Assembly (NCBI RefSeq): GCF_006345805.1
Contig: NC_043016.1
Coordinates: 30,194,001-30,258,000, forward strand
Length of the DNA stretch: 64,000 nt
Source of the DNA: Octopus sinensis
Lineage: Eukaryota
Direction: 5' to 3'
Shown: piece after piece, positions 21,176 through 33,832 of the stretch
How the letters are laid out: each line of letters begins with the position of its first letter
Numbering within the stretch: position 1 is the stretch's first letter
Position numbers and translations under genes: made by a program
The notes under the pieces: model-generated
Databases searched by the model: none
Seen by the model: only the letters and a program-made list of their open reading frames with translations
Told to the model about the DNA's origin: nothing

Positions 21176-22179
21176 CGTAATCTTTAATAAAATATTTTTG
21201 TCATTATTAAACTGGCATTTGGAGCAAATTAACATGCAAATTTGATGGAAGAAGGTTTTAATTTGGATTACTTTGAGACAGGAAATTTGTGTAATAGAAC
21301 TAGGGGCAATCCTAGATGGGTTCGTATCAAAAGAGTTAATTACATGATCAGCAGTTGTTTCAAAATGTATTTAAGGTACTATCAATGAAGGTCTGAGGCT
21401 TAGTGGTTAGGGCATACAGTTCACAATCATATGGTTTAAGAATGCATATGTTTAAGGAGTGCTCAGCCACTTGCACGTTAATTTCATGAGCAGGCTGTTC
21501 TATCAATTGGTTCAACTGAAACACTCATCATTGTAACCGATGAAGTGCCAGTTAAGATGCTATCGCCTAACAGGACGACATTATTGCTAAATCAACATAC
21601 AATATGGCTATGTAGGAAGAACTGTACTGATTTTGAGCAGTTGCATATTCGCACACACTATAAACACATGCACTATAATATTCATTCTTCACCTGTTTAT
21701 TATTGTTTTTATTTTGTCTTATGTCTATTGTCTGGAAATCTTACCACGCACATCTGTGACCTCTTCCGTGACTCTTCCATCCATGTGAATCCTCCTGTTC
21801 TGTTTAGCTAATATACAGGTCTTTCATTAACTCTTTAGCATTTTTGTTATCTGGGGAGCAGATAATAATGGTTGTGTGGTTAAAAGGCTTTCTTTGCAAA
21901 GACATGGTTTTGGGTTCGGTCCCATTGCATAGCAAGTCAAATAAGTGTTTTTTATAATAGGCCCAGGATGACTAAAGCCTTGTGAGTGAATTTAATAGGT
22001 AAAAACTGTATGGAAGTCTAGTGTACTTCTTTCTACATCTATCTATCTGTCTGTCTGTCTGTATATCTATCTATCTATCTATCAGTCTGCTTAGCTATCT
22101 ATATATATGTATGTATACATAACTATATATATGCATGTGTGTGTGTATGTGTGTGTATAAATATATGTGTGCATATATA

Positions 22180-22212
<33 letters not shown>

Positions 22213-22544
22213 GTGTATGTGTGTGCGTGCGTGTGTGTGTGTGTGTATCTGAAATATGCACAACTGCTTTCACAAACAAGAATACTATAAAATGAAGCTG
22301 ACCACTCTCAAAAATTAATTAAAAAACAGGAAAAATAATCCAGAATCCTTGTCTAATACAAGATTGATCCCAAAATCTAATCAGTTCATGCCAGTCACAA
22401 GGCCAAACCCTCCTGAAAGTTTCATTTCAATCCATTCAGCAGTTCTTGAGATATCTTGTCCATGGACAAACAAACAAACAAACAAACATGAGTGAAAACA
22501 ATATCTTTGCCTTCGCTAAAGCAGAGGTAATAATAATAATAATA

Positions 22545-22595
<51 letters not shown>

Positions 22596-23048
22596 CAACA
22601 ACAACAATGATAATGTGCTTATTATATACACTGCTTGGGTCTATGACAACTTGATGGAAAAGTGTAAAAGAGGGGACAATAACAAGATATAAATCATGTA
22701 AAAAAATATGGCAATGATAGTCAAAAATATATGCACAGTGCATGGAATAAAGCAACAAAAAAAAGAAAGAAAGAAAAGTGAGGAGTAAAAAAAAAAAATC
22801 ATAAAGCTGAAAGGGTGCATAGGTAGATCAGGAGTATTGTTGATGAATTTTGGGACACATGGAATTTTTGGAGGATGCAGTCCACCTGGCAGCTAACAAT
22901 TGACATGAGCAGTGTGTCCCATGCTTCAACAATTATGAGTGTGAAAATATATTCCAAAAATCATGTTTGATATGCAGTATTTTTTTTATTTTCATAAATT
23001 GGCAATCTACCCCAGGTTTTGCCTTAGGCTGGCTTGTTCACGACATGT

Positions 23049-23091
<43 letters not shown>

Positions 23092-23176
23092 TGGAAGTAT
23101 GTACAATATCTCTGCGTAGTTTATGTATTATTGTTACACAGAATAATAAAAAAAAAAAAAATGTTATTTTACTTAC

Positions 23177-23397
23177 TTCAGGGCATTTTCGGGTAAAATC
23201 TTTTTACTTTCAACATTTTCAATAGCCATTAATGCTGCACCAAAATTCGTTTCATACCTATACAAGGATTCAAATCCGGTTCTTGGAATCAAAAGACCAA
23301 TTTTAAAGTTTTGCCTTGGTACTGAGTTATTTGTTGCAGCAGCAGAAAGAGCAGTAAGTGAAGATATTGTGATACACATCAATGTTTGGTATAACAT
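23177..23397 (-). CDS. First coding exon of a receptor guanylyl cyclase / natriuretic peptide receptor-like gene (signal peptide plus start of ANF-receptor ligand-binding domain)
   Basis: ATG at 23397 gives MLYQTLMCITISSLTALSAAATNNSVPRQNFKIGLLIPRTGFESLYRYETNFGAALMAIENVESKKILPENAL. The hydrophobic N-terminus is followed by a KIGLLIP...AALMAIE.V...ILP pattern like the ANF-receptor N-terminus. Donor AA|GTAAGT (phase 2) after 23177. A pyrimidine-rich acceptor (gtttcctttagtttttcag) before 23448 implies an upstream non-coding exon. Confidence 0.72.
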
Positions 23398-24274
23398 GAT
23401 TACTTTTAGATGTTTTTAATTTGGAGTCTTGGAAATACACTGAATTAGCTGAAAAACTAAAGGAAACTAATGCAAAACAAAAATAATCTCCATGCCACTG
23501 GATTATTTTTGGTTAAATTTTTTCTTTCAATGAAACACTCCAAGAAAGTTGATATATGAAACATCCTAGGGAAAACTTGTTCCGTGATAATTTTTTTTCT
23601 AGTGTCAGATACACGAATTCAGTTTGGGATTCAACAACATTCTTCTCTGATTTTCTTCTTTTTTTTGTTTATCTTCAGAATTCTGGCATAATGAAAATTA
23701 TAATGTTGCACACCAAAAAACAAAAATTGTTGTAGAAAAGAAATATCTTTATGCTCGTAGAAGCTTCTTCCAGAATCTCTCTCAGGTGATGGAAAGTGTC
23801 ACAGGCATGATCTACAGACAGCTAGATTTTAGTGTTTGTCACAGACAAACTGAAATCACCCCCCTCCCCCCTGATCAGCATTATCCTACTAGTGGGTCTG
23901 CCTTTGTACAGAGGAGTTTATACATCATTATCCTCCCTTTAAAAATATTTGAATAGACAAGCGAAAAATGGAAACATTTCACATATTGAATTTCGTTTGC
24001 ACAGAAATGACCACTAAAAGACAAAAACAGCTCAAATACAAAGACAACTTTGTCGGACAAAGAACCATGATATGAAGGAAGAAGAAAGAAGAAAATGGGA
24101 GACAGAAAAGGGAAAGAACAAGAATACTTAAAGAAACATTCAGTAATTGATAGAACATGTATGTATGCCATTGTTCTTGACAACCTGATAGCTAAAGATG
24201 TCTTTTATTATTGATACTTAAGAAAAATTCGTTTTAACTTGTTTCTAATGTTTTAGTATATATTTTCCCCATCT

Positions 24275-25051
24275 CCCTTCTTCTTCTTCTTCTTCTTCTT
24301 CTTCTTCTTCTTCTTTTCTTCTTCTTCTTCTTCTTCTTTTCTTCTTCTTCTTCTCCTCCTCCTCCTCCTCCTCCTCTTCACCCCTACTTCCATTCTAGCA
24401 AAAATTGGCCTATTCTAAGTACTGAGATGTTTCTATGACTGTTTGGTGCAAAACTTTTATAGTTCCATCTCTTCTTTGGTAACAAATTAAAACCATAAAG
24501 CCAGGATTCCTACTTTCAGCAGAAGCTAATCTAGCCAAAGTAAGTCAGTAAGTAGAGTGCGTGCCTCACCATAGGAAATAATGGAAAAAAATAAGAGTGC
24601 TAAACAAATGAAGGTAGGGCCAGTTCACCTTAAATGATGATGGTGATGACAATGGAGATGATGGTGATGATGATTATCACCAACATCACGAAGAGGAAGA
24701 GGAGGAAGAAGAGGAGAAAGATGGTTGTGTTGGTGGTAGTGATGGAAATGGCTATGATGATGATGGTGTTGGTGTTGATGATGATGATAATGGTGTTGAT
24801 GATGATGACAATGATGATGATGATGATAATGATGATGATGATGATGATGATGATAATGATGATGGTGTTGATGACAATGACAATGACAACGATGATGACG
24901 ACGATGGTGACAACAATGACAACGACAATGATGATCATGATCATGATCATCATCGGGAGAAGAAAGAGAAAGATGATGGGGATGGTGATGGCAGTGGGGG
25001 TGGGGGTGGGGTGGCAGTGAAGGTGACAAGGATGATGATGATGATGATGAC

Positions 25052-25092
<41 letters not shown>

Positions 25093-25244
25093 CGATGATG
25101 ATGACGATGATGATAATGATAATGATGATGATGGTGATGCTGCTGCTACTACTGATGATGATGATGGTGGTGGTTGTGGTAATGGTGATGAAGATGATAA
25201 TGACTATGTCAATGAGGATGCTGATGATTATGATTATGATGATA

Positions 25245-25277
<33 letters not shown>

Positions 25278-25488
25278 ATGATGATTATGATGATAATGAT
25301 AATGATAATTATAATAATAACAACAACACCAATGACGACGACGAGGATGATGACAATGATGATGGTGATGAAATGACAACATTGTTGTCATTAGTAAGAG
25401 TCAGCAGTGTCATCGTCATCATCATCATCGTCATCATCATCGTCATAATCATCGCCGCCGCCACCACCACACCACCACCACCACCACC

Positions 25489-25557
<69 letters not shown>

Positions 25558-25565
25558 GGCAGCAG
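24275..25565. repeat. Trinucleotide mosaic: (CTT/CCT)n, long (GAT)n-type array, then (CAT)n/(CAC)n/(CAG)n
   Basis: Direct inspection; strand switch near 25380. Confidence 0.9.
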
Positions 25566-26553
25566 CAACAGTAGCAGCACTGTCATCATTGCGGTCAACG
25601 GTCACCGGTCACCGTTGTTTAAGCATCCACTTGTCAATTGCTAGAATAGTTCAGAAAGATCCGTCATATCTTATCAATCATTTCATTCCAGTCTTATAAT
25701 CATCTCTTCTACGAAGTCCAACATCCTGAGAATTATTCCATCACTTCTTCCTTTGTCCTCCTTGGTTTTCTTCTATCATGGTTATTTGTTGTCAGCATTC
25801 ATCACATTCTCACCTGGCATTCACATCCCCTGTTTTAAAAAAAATACTTCTAATTCTGAGCCAATGAGATATACCCAGGCTAACAAGGGAAAATTTTGAA
25901 GTAGCCGGATTATCTGTTAGAAATAACAACCAAATCTACCTTAAATCATACACTGCTATGGTTTCAAAATGGTTTCAAAGTTTTGCACTGGGCCAGCAAT
26001 TTTTGAGTGAAGGAAATTAGTTGATTACATCAACCACAATACTTGATTGGTACTTATTTCATCAACCCATGAAAGGATGAAAGGCAAAGTTGCCCTCAGC
26101 ATAATTTGAACTTAGAATGTAAAGACAGGCAAAATGCCACCAAGCATTTTGCCCAGTGTGCTAACAGTTCTGCCAGCTAGCCACCTCACTGCTATGTCAA
26201 ATAATTCTTTCTACTAAAGGCACAAGGCCTGAAATTTCAGTGGAGAGGCTAGTCAACTATATGAACCCCAATATGTAATTGGTACTTATTGCATTAACCC
26301 TGAAAGGATGAAAAGCAAAGTCGACCTCGGTGGAATTTGAATGATGACAATGATGATGACAACTACGACAATGGAGGCGATGATGACAATGACAATCATG
26401 ATGATGATGATGATGATGATAATGATGATGATGATGATGATGATGATGACGACGACAATGAAATGATGATGATGATGAAGATGATAACACTTTCAATCAA
26501 ACTGAAAATCACTTACATAATTCTATTAAAATGGCCTGCCTCAATTTTTTTTT

Positions 26554-26734
26554 GAGTGGCTGTGTGGTAAGTAGATTGCTTACCAGCCACATGGTTCCCG
26601 GGTTCAGTCCCACTGCATGGCACCTTGGGCAAGGGTCTTCTACTATAGCCTCAGGCCGACCAAAGCCTTGTGAGTGGATTTGGTAGATGGAAACTGAAAG
26701 AAGCCCATTGTATATATGTATATGTATGTGTGTG

Positions 26735-26768
<34 letters not shown>

Positions 26769-26985
26769 AGTGTATATGTTTGTGTTTCTGTGTTTGTCCC
26801 ACCAACATCGCTTGACAACCGGTGGTGGTGTGTTTACATCCTTGTAACTTAGCAGTTCGGCAAAAAGACTAATAGAATAAGTGCTAGGCTTACAAAGAAT
26901 AAGTCCTGAGGTCGATTTGCTCGACTAAAGGCAGTGCTCCACTGGCCACAGTCAAATGACTGAAACAAGTAAAAGAGAGAAAAAG
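26554..26985 (+). mobile_element. SINE family 1 copy
   Basis: Same head, microsatellite and tail. Other copies lie near 14477-14872, 32115-32481, 37783-38385, 40118-40490, 52378-52535 and 63280-63410. Confidence 0.85.
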
Positions 26986-27341
26986 AAAGAGAATTGCAAA
27001 AGCTTGTATTTTGTATTTATGAGGCTTTTCACTTCCACAATATGTAATCTTCAATTATTTGTCAGTGTTGACAAAAAGTATCTTATCATTATCCTTACCC
27101 CCCAATCACTCCACAATAAACAACACCTTGAAAAGACCATCAGGACAGGTGAGAGCCACAACCTGTTTTCATGGTACCAGTGGAAGACTCTGTAGAGGTT
27201 ATCAGTTTTCGCAGTCTTTGGTACTATATTCCCAAACTAGCAACAATATCCCAGAGCGTTGATATAACAGCATCCTAAAAACTCTATCACTTGGTACAAC
27301 ACAAAAAAAGAAAAATTTCTCTGCAGCATCAATACCTTCTT

Positions 27342-28225
27342 TGATCCTAGTCCTTTAGTCACACATATTTATTAGACACTAGCTTAAAAGCTGTATTCTG
27401 TGCAGACCTTTAAACTAGATTCTAGGGTGGGTTAATTGGACCTTCATTATCCCCATCCTTGATGCTGGGATGCATTTAGAGTGGGACTAGTGAGAAGTGC
27501 AGAGGAATAACATCTATCATGATTCGATGATCAAGTATACCTTACAAAAAATTGCAGCCAAATCTTCCTCAAATTACTCAGTATTATTTTGGGAAAATGA
27601 GACATTGAGAAATGTAGTTATAGGTACCTCTATAATAATAAATGCGAAATTCTGCCTGTCTGTCTGGGACCCCTGTATCTCAGTCTACATTTACTCTACA
27701 AAGACATATTATACCTTTTTTGGAATCAGGATGATCCCAGGATTGATAATATGCCTTTCATTTGGTTCTGAACATCCAGTATTGGGATCTGATTTAAAAG
27801 CATTTGGGTTGCTATTTCTAACAGGTAACGCATGGTTGATTCATGCCATCTTGGTTGGCATTTGTCAGATGATGTCAGAGATCAAAAGAGAGACAAATGA
27901 TATTCACTTTGTTAATTTCATGTCAAGAAAAGAACTTTGGAACAAATTGGCCAACAGTTGGAATTCAACTTGGAACTGGAACAATAGAATTATTGCATTA
28001 CAGAATTAATTCTCATCCATCTTTTAACCTCTGATCAAACACCACCAGGGCACATAGATGTACCACCAGTCATTATAGACGTATTATAGTCATGCTAATT
28101 AGCTCTCTTTAGTTCTGGGCTGCAGGTCCAATTAGCCCTCCACAGGAGCTAGCTTAAAAATCCGCATGGTGGGTGGCTTTTGAGCTAGTGTCTAATAAAT
28201 ATGTATGATTAAAGGACTGGGATCA
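27342..28225. mobile_element. Unclassified TIR element (about 880 bp)
   Basis: TIRs of about 50 bp (tgatcctagtcctttagtc..gcttaaaagc / gcttttgagc..ggactgggatca) plus inner sub-TIRs. Encloses the 170-aa ORF at 27497-28009. Confidence 0.7.
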
Positions 28226-28577
28226 TGATTGTTAGACTGAGGGTTCAATTCTTGGACATGGTGATGTGGTGTATTGTTCAGCAAAGCACTTAACTTCACA
28301 TTGCACCGACATGATGGGATTGTCACAATTGGCTATGGGTCTGCTAGATCAAGATTGGCCTTGGACTGAGAAACAACATCAGTACTATAACAAGGGAGTT
28401 AAGCAACAACAACAGCAGCAGCAGCAGCACCAGAAGCATCACAATTACCACCATCAATATCTTTAGTAGCATCAACAACAACATCGCAGCTAATCCAATG
28501 AGAACGTCTCTATGTTGTCACATGATCTACCAGAGATAGCAGATAAATCTTTCACATGTCTTTCACAGCCTGGCAGC

Positions 28578-28804
28578 TTGACCCTTTGGCATTTAAACCT
28601 GCTATATCTGGCCCAAATATTCTGCCTGTTTTATGTTCAAACTAGCCAGATCCAGCCTCTTGCACCTACCCTACAATGTCACTCTATAAATAAACAATCA
28701 CATCTTTGAATCTCAAAGCTGTGAGATAATACAAGATTAATTTTATAAAATGTGGTTATATAAGTAATACATTTGACAAGGTAATTTGAATGCTAAAGGG
28801 TTAA
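28578..28804. mobile_element. piggyBac-like MITE
   Basis: ttga|ccctttggcattt ... aatgctaaaggg|ttaa. Confidence 0.65.
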
Positions 28805-30640
28805 AACACAAGACTTATTGGCTAATGTAGTCCAAGATACACCATGTCTGAGAATATTGGGACTGTTATCATTGGAATACCTTTAATCATATGTTCACTT
28901 GATTGTGGCTGGCCTGGGGTTAAAAGCAATGAAGTAAACTGCCACTGCAATGGGAACTTTAATGCAACTGCTTGACCTTCTAGAAAGATTAGTCAAATCT
29001 GAAAATTACACTCAGCTGTTTTGAAAAGCGAGGGAAATGTTGGTAAATATAACCCCAGATATGCAATACCTGAGGAAAGGAGATGGTCATATATGGAGCA
29101 CCTTTGGTTATAACTAAAGGTATTCCAGATATAACTTAGGACTAACCAGGCACAAAACAACAACAATAACAGTACAAGCAATATCAACACCACCACAACC
29201 ATTATCTTCAACAAAATCATCCCCACAGCCATCATTAACATCATCAACAAGACCATCCCTGCAACCATCATCACAACTACCATCATCACAACCATCATGA
29301 CCACAATCTCCATCAACATTATAATCAACAGGGTCACCCCTATAGTGACCAAGATCCTCAATATAATCATTTGACATACAAGAAATAGCAACCTAATTTC
29401 ACTCAAATCACAATCATCATCATCGTCATCGTTTAACGTCTGCTTTCCATGCTAGCATGGGTTGGACGATTTGACTGAGGACTGGTGAACCAGATGGCTG
29501 CACCAGGCTCCAATCTGATCTGGCAGAGTTTCTACAGCTGGATGTCCTTCCTAACGCCAACCACTCCGAGAGTGTAGTGGGTGCTTTTACATGCCACCAG
29601 CACGAGGGCCAGTCAGGCGATACTGGCAACGGCCACACTCAAATGATGTTTTTTATGTGCCACCTGCACAAAGGTCTATCTCCAGTTTCCAGGACCATCA
29701 CACCAGAATTTTTACCTGGGTTTCCATGGTGTCTAGCTGGGAAGTACAAGACTCACCCTTAAAAGGGATGCCAATCTATTACAGGCTTAATCCCCTGATG
29801 TTACACATTTTCATATATGAGTGTGTTGGAACAATTTGAAATGGGGTGCTTTGTTGAACAATCACCATGTCCAAAAATTGAACCCATAATCCGAGAATCA
29901 TGATCATTAATCACTAGGCCACACGTCTTCACAAATCACACCCTACCATCTTAGAAATGTATATGCTGGATGACATGGCCTTGAATTCTGTGTACGTAGT
30001 AAAAAGATGCAGAAGTTACGTTTAGAATATATTTGATCATAGCTCTGCTTGTCCAGCTGAGCTGACCAGGGGTTAAACAACAACAACAATAACAACAACA
30101 ACAACAACAACACTAAAACAACTACAACTACAGCAGTACCATCATGGCCATCAAATCACAACCACACAATAGATTCATTGTGTGGTAGTGACTTGTTTCA
30201 TGTCCATTTGGAGCAAAATTATATGATAGGATATGCTGCACAAAACTGAGGCCTTTCCCAAGAGATGGAATATAAAATTACAGAAAAATGAAGCCTTTCT
30301 CTTTATAGAGTGGAAAAACAAAGGAACATTATATGGTTCTATTTGCGTGCAGGAACATGCAAATAAGTCTTCATTTCTTCGACTCATCGTGTTCTCCCAC
30401 CTGCTTCAGAAATTTTGCTTTGAAATGAAAAAGCGAAAATAAGAAAAATGGTAAACAAAATAAAAAGAAGTAGATAAAATTGATATGATCTGTAAAAGCA
30501 GAGGACAAAAACGAAGAATCAAGTTAGAAAGCAATCTGCTGGAAAGAATATGGCTTTTAAGAAAAGAAAAGAAAAGACAGGTGTGTGTGTGTGTGTGAGT
30601 GTTACATATACAATATTTAATCGATAAATACATGTATGTG

Positions 30641-30641
<1 letters not shown>

Positions 30642-30680
<39 letters not shown>

Positions 30681-30780
30681 TATATATATATAGATAGATA
30701 GATAGATAGATATAGAGAGCTAGAGAGAGAGAGAGAGAGAGAGAGAGTGAGACAGACAGACAGACAGACAGACAGATAGA

Positions 30781-30816
<36 letters not shown>

Positions 30817-30885
30817 TAGACAGACAGATAGACAGATAGATAGATAGACAGATAGACAGACAGATAGATAGATAATTAGATAGAG

Positions 30886-30928
<43 letters not shown>

Positions 30929-30993
30929 TAGACAGACAGATAGACAGATAGATAGATAGACAGATAGACAGACAGATAGATAGATAATTAGAG

Positions 30994-31034
<41 letters not shown>

Positions 31035-31109
31035 TAAATACAGATATATATGTCCATATACACATACACGCATATGTGCGTGTATGTATATACATATGTA
31101 TGCATATAA

Positions 31110-31149
<40 letters not shown>

Positions 31150-31200
31150 TTATATGCATACATATGTATATACATAGATGTATTTGTATTTATATATAGC
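30642..31200. repeat. (TA)n, (GA)n, (GATA/GACA)n, (TG)n compound array
   Basis: Direct inspection. Confidence 0.92.
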
Positions 31201-31461
31201 GGAGGATAAAGGGAGGGGAGATGGGAAGATGGAGAGGGGAGGTGAGGGAAGAGAGGGAGGTGGAAAGTGAGAGAGAGAGAGAGAGATTAAAATGCGTTGA
31301 TTATTAAAAGCGAAAGTAACAAGAATGAATATTTTTGTTATTTAATGAAAGTCAACATTTACAGTATGATCATATTGTTTCATATAAATTCTTCATATAC
31401 CTATATGAATATGCTGCATATATTTGAGAGTATGTATTGGGTGCCTCTTTCTATATATATA

Positions 31462-31858
31462 CTAGCAGTATCACCCGGCGTTGCTCGGGTTTGTAAGGGA
31501 AATAACTATATAAGCATTATTAGAGAGTTATAGCCAAAAATTAGCAAAAAAATGGATTAAAAATGGAAAAAAAATTATGGTAATTTTTTTTTTAAATCAT
31601 AGACTCATCGTAGACATTTTTAGAGAGTTACTTCCCTTATATAATAGCGAAAAATGCATTAAAATGGAAAAAAATGATGGTAAATTTTTTTTTAAATCGT
31701 AGACTCATCGTAGACGCGCGCTAATACCCAGAAGGGCTCGATATGATTCACGACTATAAGATACCCGGTTTTGGTTAAACTGCACCGCAAAACGTGGGAG
31801 TAGTTAGGAATCTAAATCGTAGGAGACAGACACACAACCTTACTTTTATATATAAAGA
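31462..31858 (-). mobile_element. Non-autonomous Helitron
   Basis: Minus strand has 5' A|TC and 3' CTAG|T ends and a subterminal CCCG-N8-CGGG hairpin. Contains an internal duplication of about 100 bp. Confidence 0.8.
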
Positions 31859-32342
31859 TATGTGTGTGTGTGTATGTGTGTCCATGTGTATGTAGTTAAG
31901 TATGTATCTATGAATCAATGTATATTTCTATATACACATATGTGCATACATACAGAATGAATATTCTTTTCAGATAAGTAGAAAAGAAGATTTATTTACA
32001 TTAATAAGGTTTCATAATCTTATGATTTTTTAAAATAGTGTAAAGATGGAGGAACACGTACATATGCCATCTCTCTCTCTCTCTCTATACATATATATAT
32101 ATATATACATATATACTCTTTTACTTGTTTCAGTCATTTGACTGCGGCCATGCTGGAGCATCACCTTTAGTCGAGCAAATTGATTCCAAGACTTATTCTT
32201 TGGAAGCCTGGTACTTATTCTATCGGTGTCTTTTGCCAAACCACTAAGTTACGGGGACGTAAACACACCAGTATTGGTTGTCAAGCGATGTTGGGGGGAA
32301 AAACACAGACACACAAACATATACACACGCATGCATATATAT

Positions 32343-32385
<43 letters not shown>

Positions 32386-32500
32386 TATGATGGGCTTCTT
32401 TCAGTTTCCGTCTACCAAATCCACTCACAATCCAGGAACCATGTGGTTGGTAAGCAAGCTACTTACCACACAGCCACTCCTGTATATATATATATATATA

Positions 32501-32809
32501 TATCATGGAGTATATTTGCCACTTAAATGTGGTTAACCCTTAAGGTTGGATGCTACTGTAGCTTGTAGCCCCAGGAGGACACCTCCTTCAGCTGGCTATT
32601 GACACACTTTCTGTACCCTATCAGTATTTGCAAAGGGAAGTCATCCTTCCCATCTTCAACCTTTATGTGATACACATGTACCCGGGTTTCTGGGTACAGA
32701 AAGTGTGTCAATAGCCAGCTGGAGGAGGTGTCCTCCTGGGGCTACAAGCTATAGTACTATCCACCCTTAAGTGTTAGCCACATTTAAGTGGGAAATATAC
32801 TTCATGATA
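32501..32809. mobile_element. MITE with TIRs of about 118 bp
   Basis: 32501-32618 is the near reverse complement of 32692-32809, with a 73-bp spacer. Left flank is (TA)n. Confidence 0.82.
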
Positions 32810-33757
32810 TCCTGCAGCTATTGTTTATACCTCGCTCAGAGATTTATTATTGCTACGTGTGTGTATACATTAATGGATTATAAAACGAATAGCCTACACC
32901 TGGTAGCTTACTGGTAAAGCACAGTCACTTTTAGAGCGATCGTTAGTTATATAACAAATGAAAGACAGAAGATGGAATGTACAAGAATATATTATTAATC
33001 ACAACAATTGTTTCAACACATCTTGCATCTATTCCTCTTGTGGAATACCAATACTATATTTGCATACACATGCATAAACTAAGAATATGCAAAAGAAACT
33101 AATAAATTATAGTAACTAAGGATTTATATTCAATTATAAATATTTAGGGGTGAAAAAAGTATTGTCGATCTGAAGGTTCAGAAAATTATATTACATACAT
33201 ATAAGAGGGATGACCACTACGTGGACAACCCTTATGCTAGAAGTAGATCTGTTATGGTCTTACCACTAAGAAACGAATGTTCTCAAGAAAATTTAGAAAA
33301 CGCCAGAACCCAGAACGTAAGCGAGCAAGACAAATGTAAAGAAACAAAATTATAGATTATAGATCTGTATATATAAAAAAAAATTTTCAGAATGTGATAA
33401 AAAAACCAAGGCTGTGAAAGATTTTAGAACATTTAAAAAGAGGTCTTACAGCTGTTTCTGGGATATTTTATATATCCCTTCATTGGAGATGATGTGAGAG
33501 CAATACTGAAACAGCTGTAAATGTTATCTTAACCATAATTAAACTATGATCATTCAACACTAAAGATCAACTTCTAAATGTTACATGATGCTCCATTTCA
33601 TCTCTTATCTTATCTGAATATATTAAACCACGGTTTACCCTTTAAATTACCAACTACTGTTAACTTTACAGCCAGGCCCATACATAGTTAGGTAATGCAC
33701 CAGTAGAGCCTATGGATACATTTATCCTTTAGACAGTTGCATAACCTCTAACTCATA

Positions 33758-33830
<73 letters not shown>

Positions 33831-33832
<2 letters not shown>

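Noticed and set aside
21745-21799. 55-nt candidate second exon of the cyclase (phase-compatible, good GTAAG donor, TGGFTWMEESRKRSQMCV)
   Set aside because: The acceptor lacks a pyrimidine tract and the peptide does not resemble the ANF-receptor domain; needs RNA evidence.
24625-25699. Poly-His, poly-Met, poly-Asp and poly-Ala ORFs
   Set aside because: Trinucleotide arrays open in many frames on both strands; no splice or compositional support.
25814-25829. Possible 16-nt 5' UTR micro-exon (AG..GTGAGA)
   Set aside because: Splice-like dinucleotides alone are not enough in AT-rich DNA.
32995-33050. Hammerhead-like GAAAC-AAUU-GUU on the minus strand
   Set aside because: No CUGANGA and no convincing stem II.
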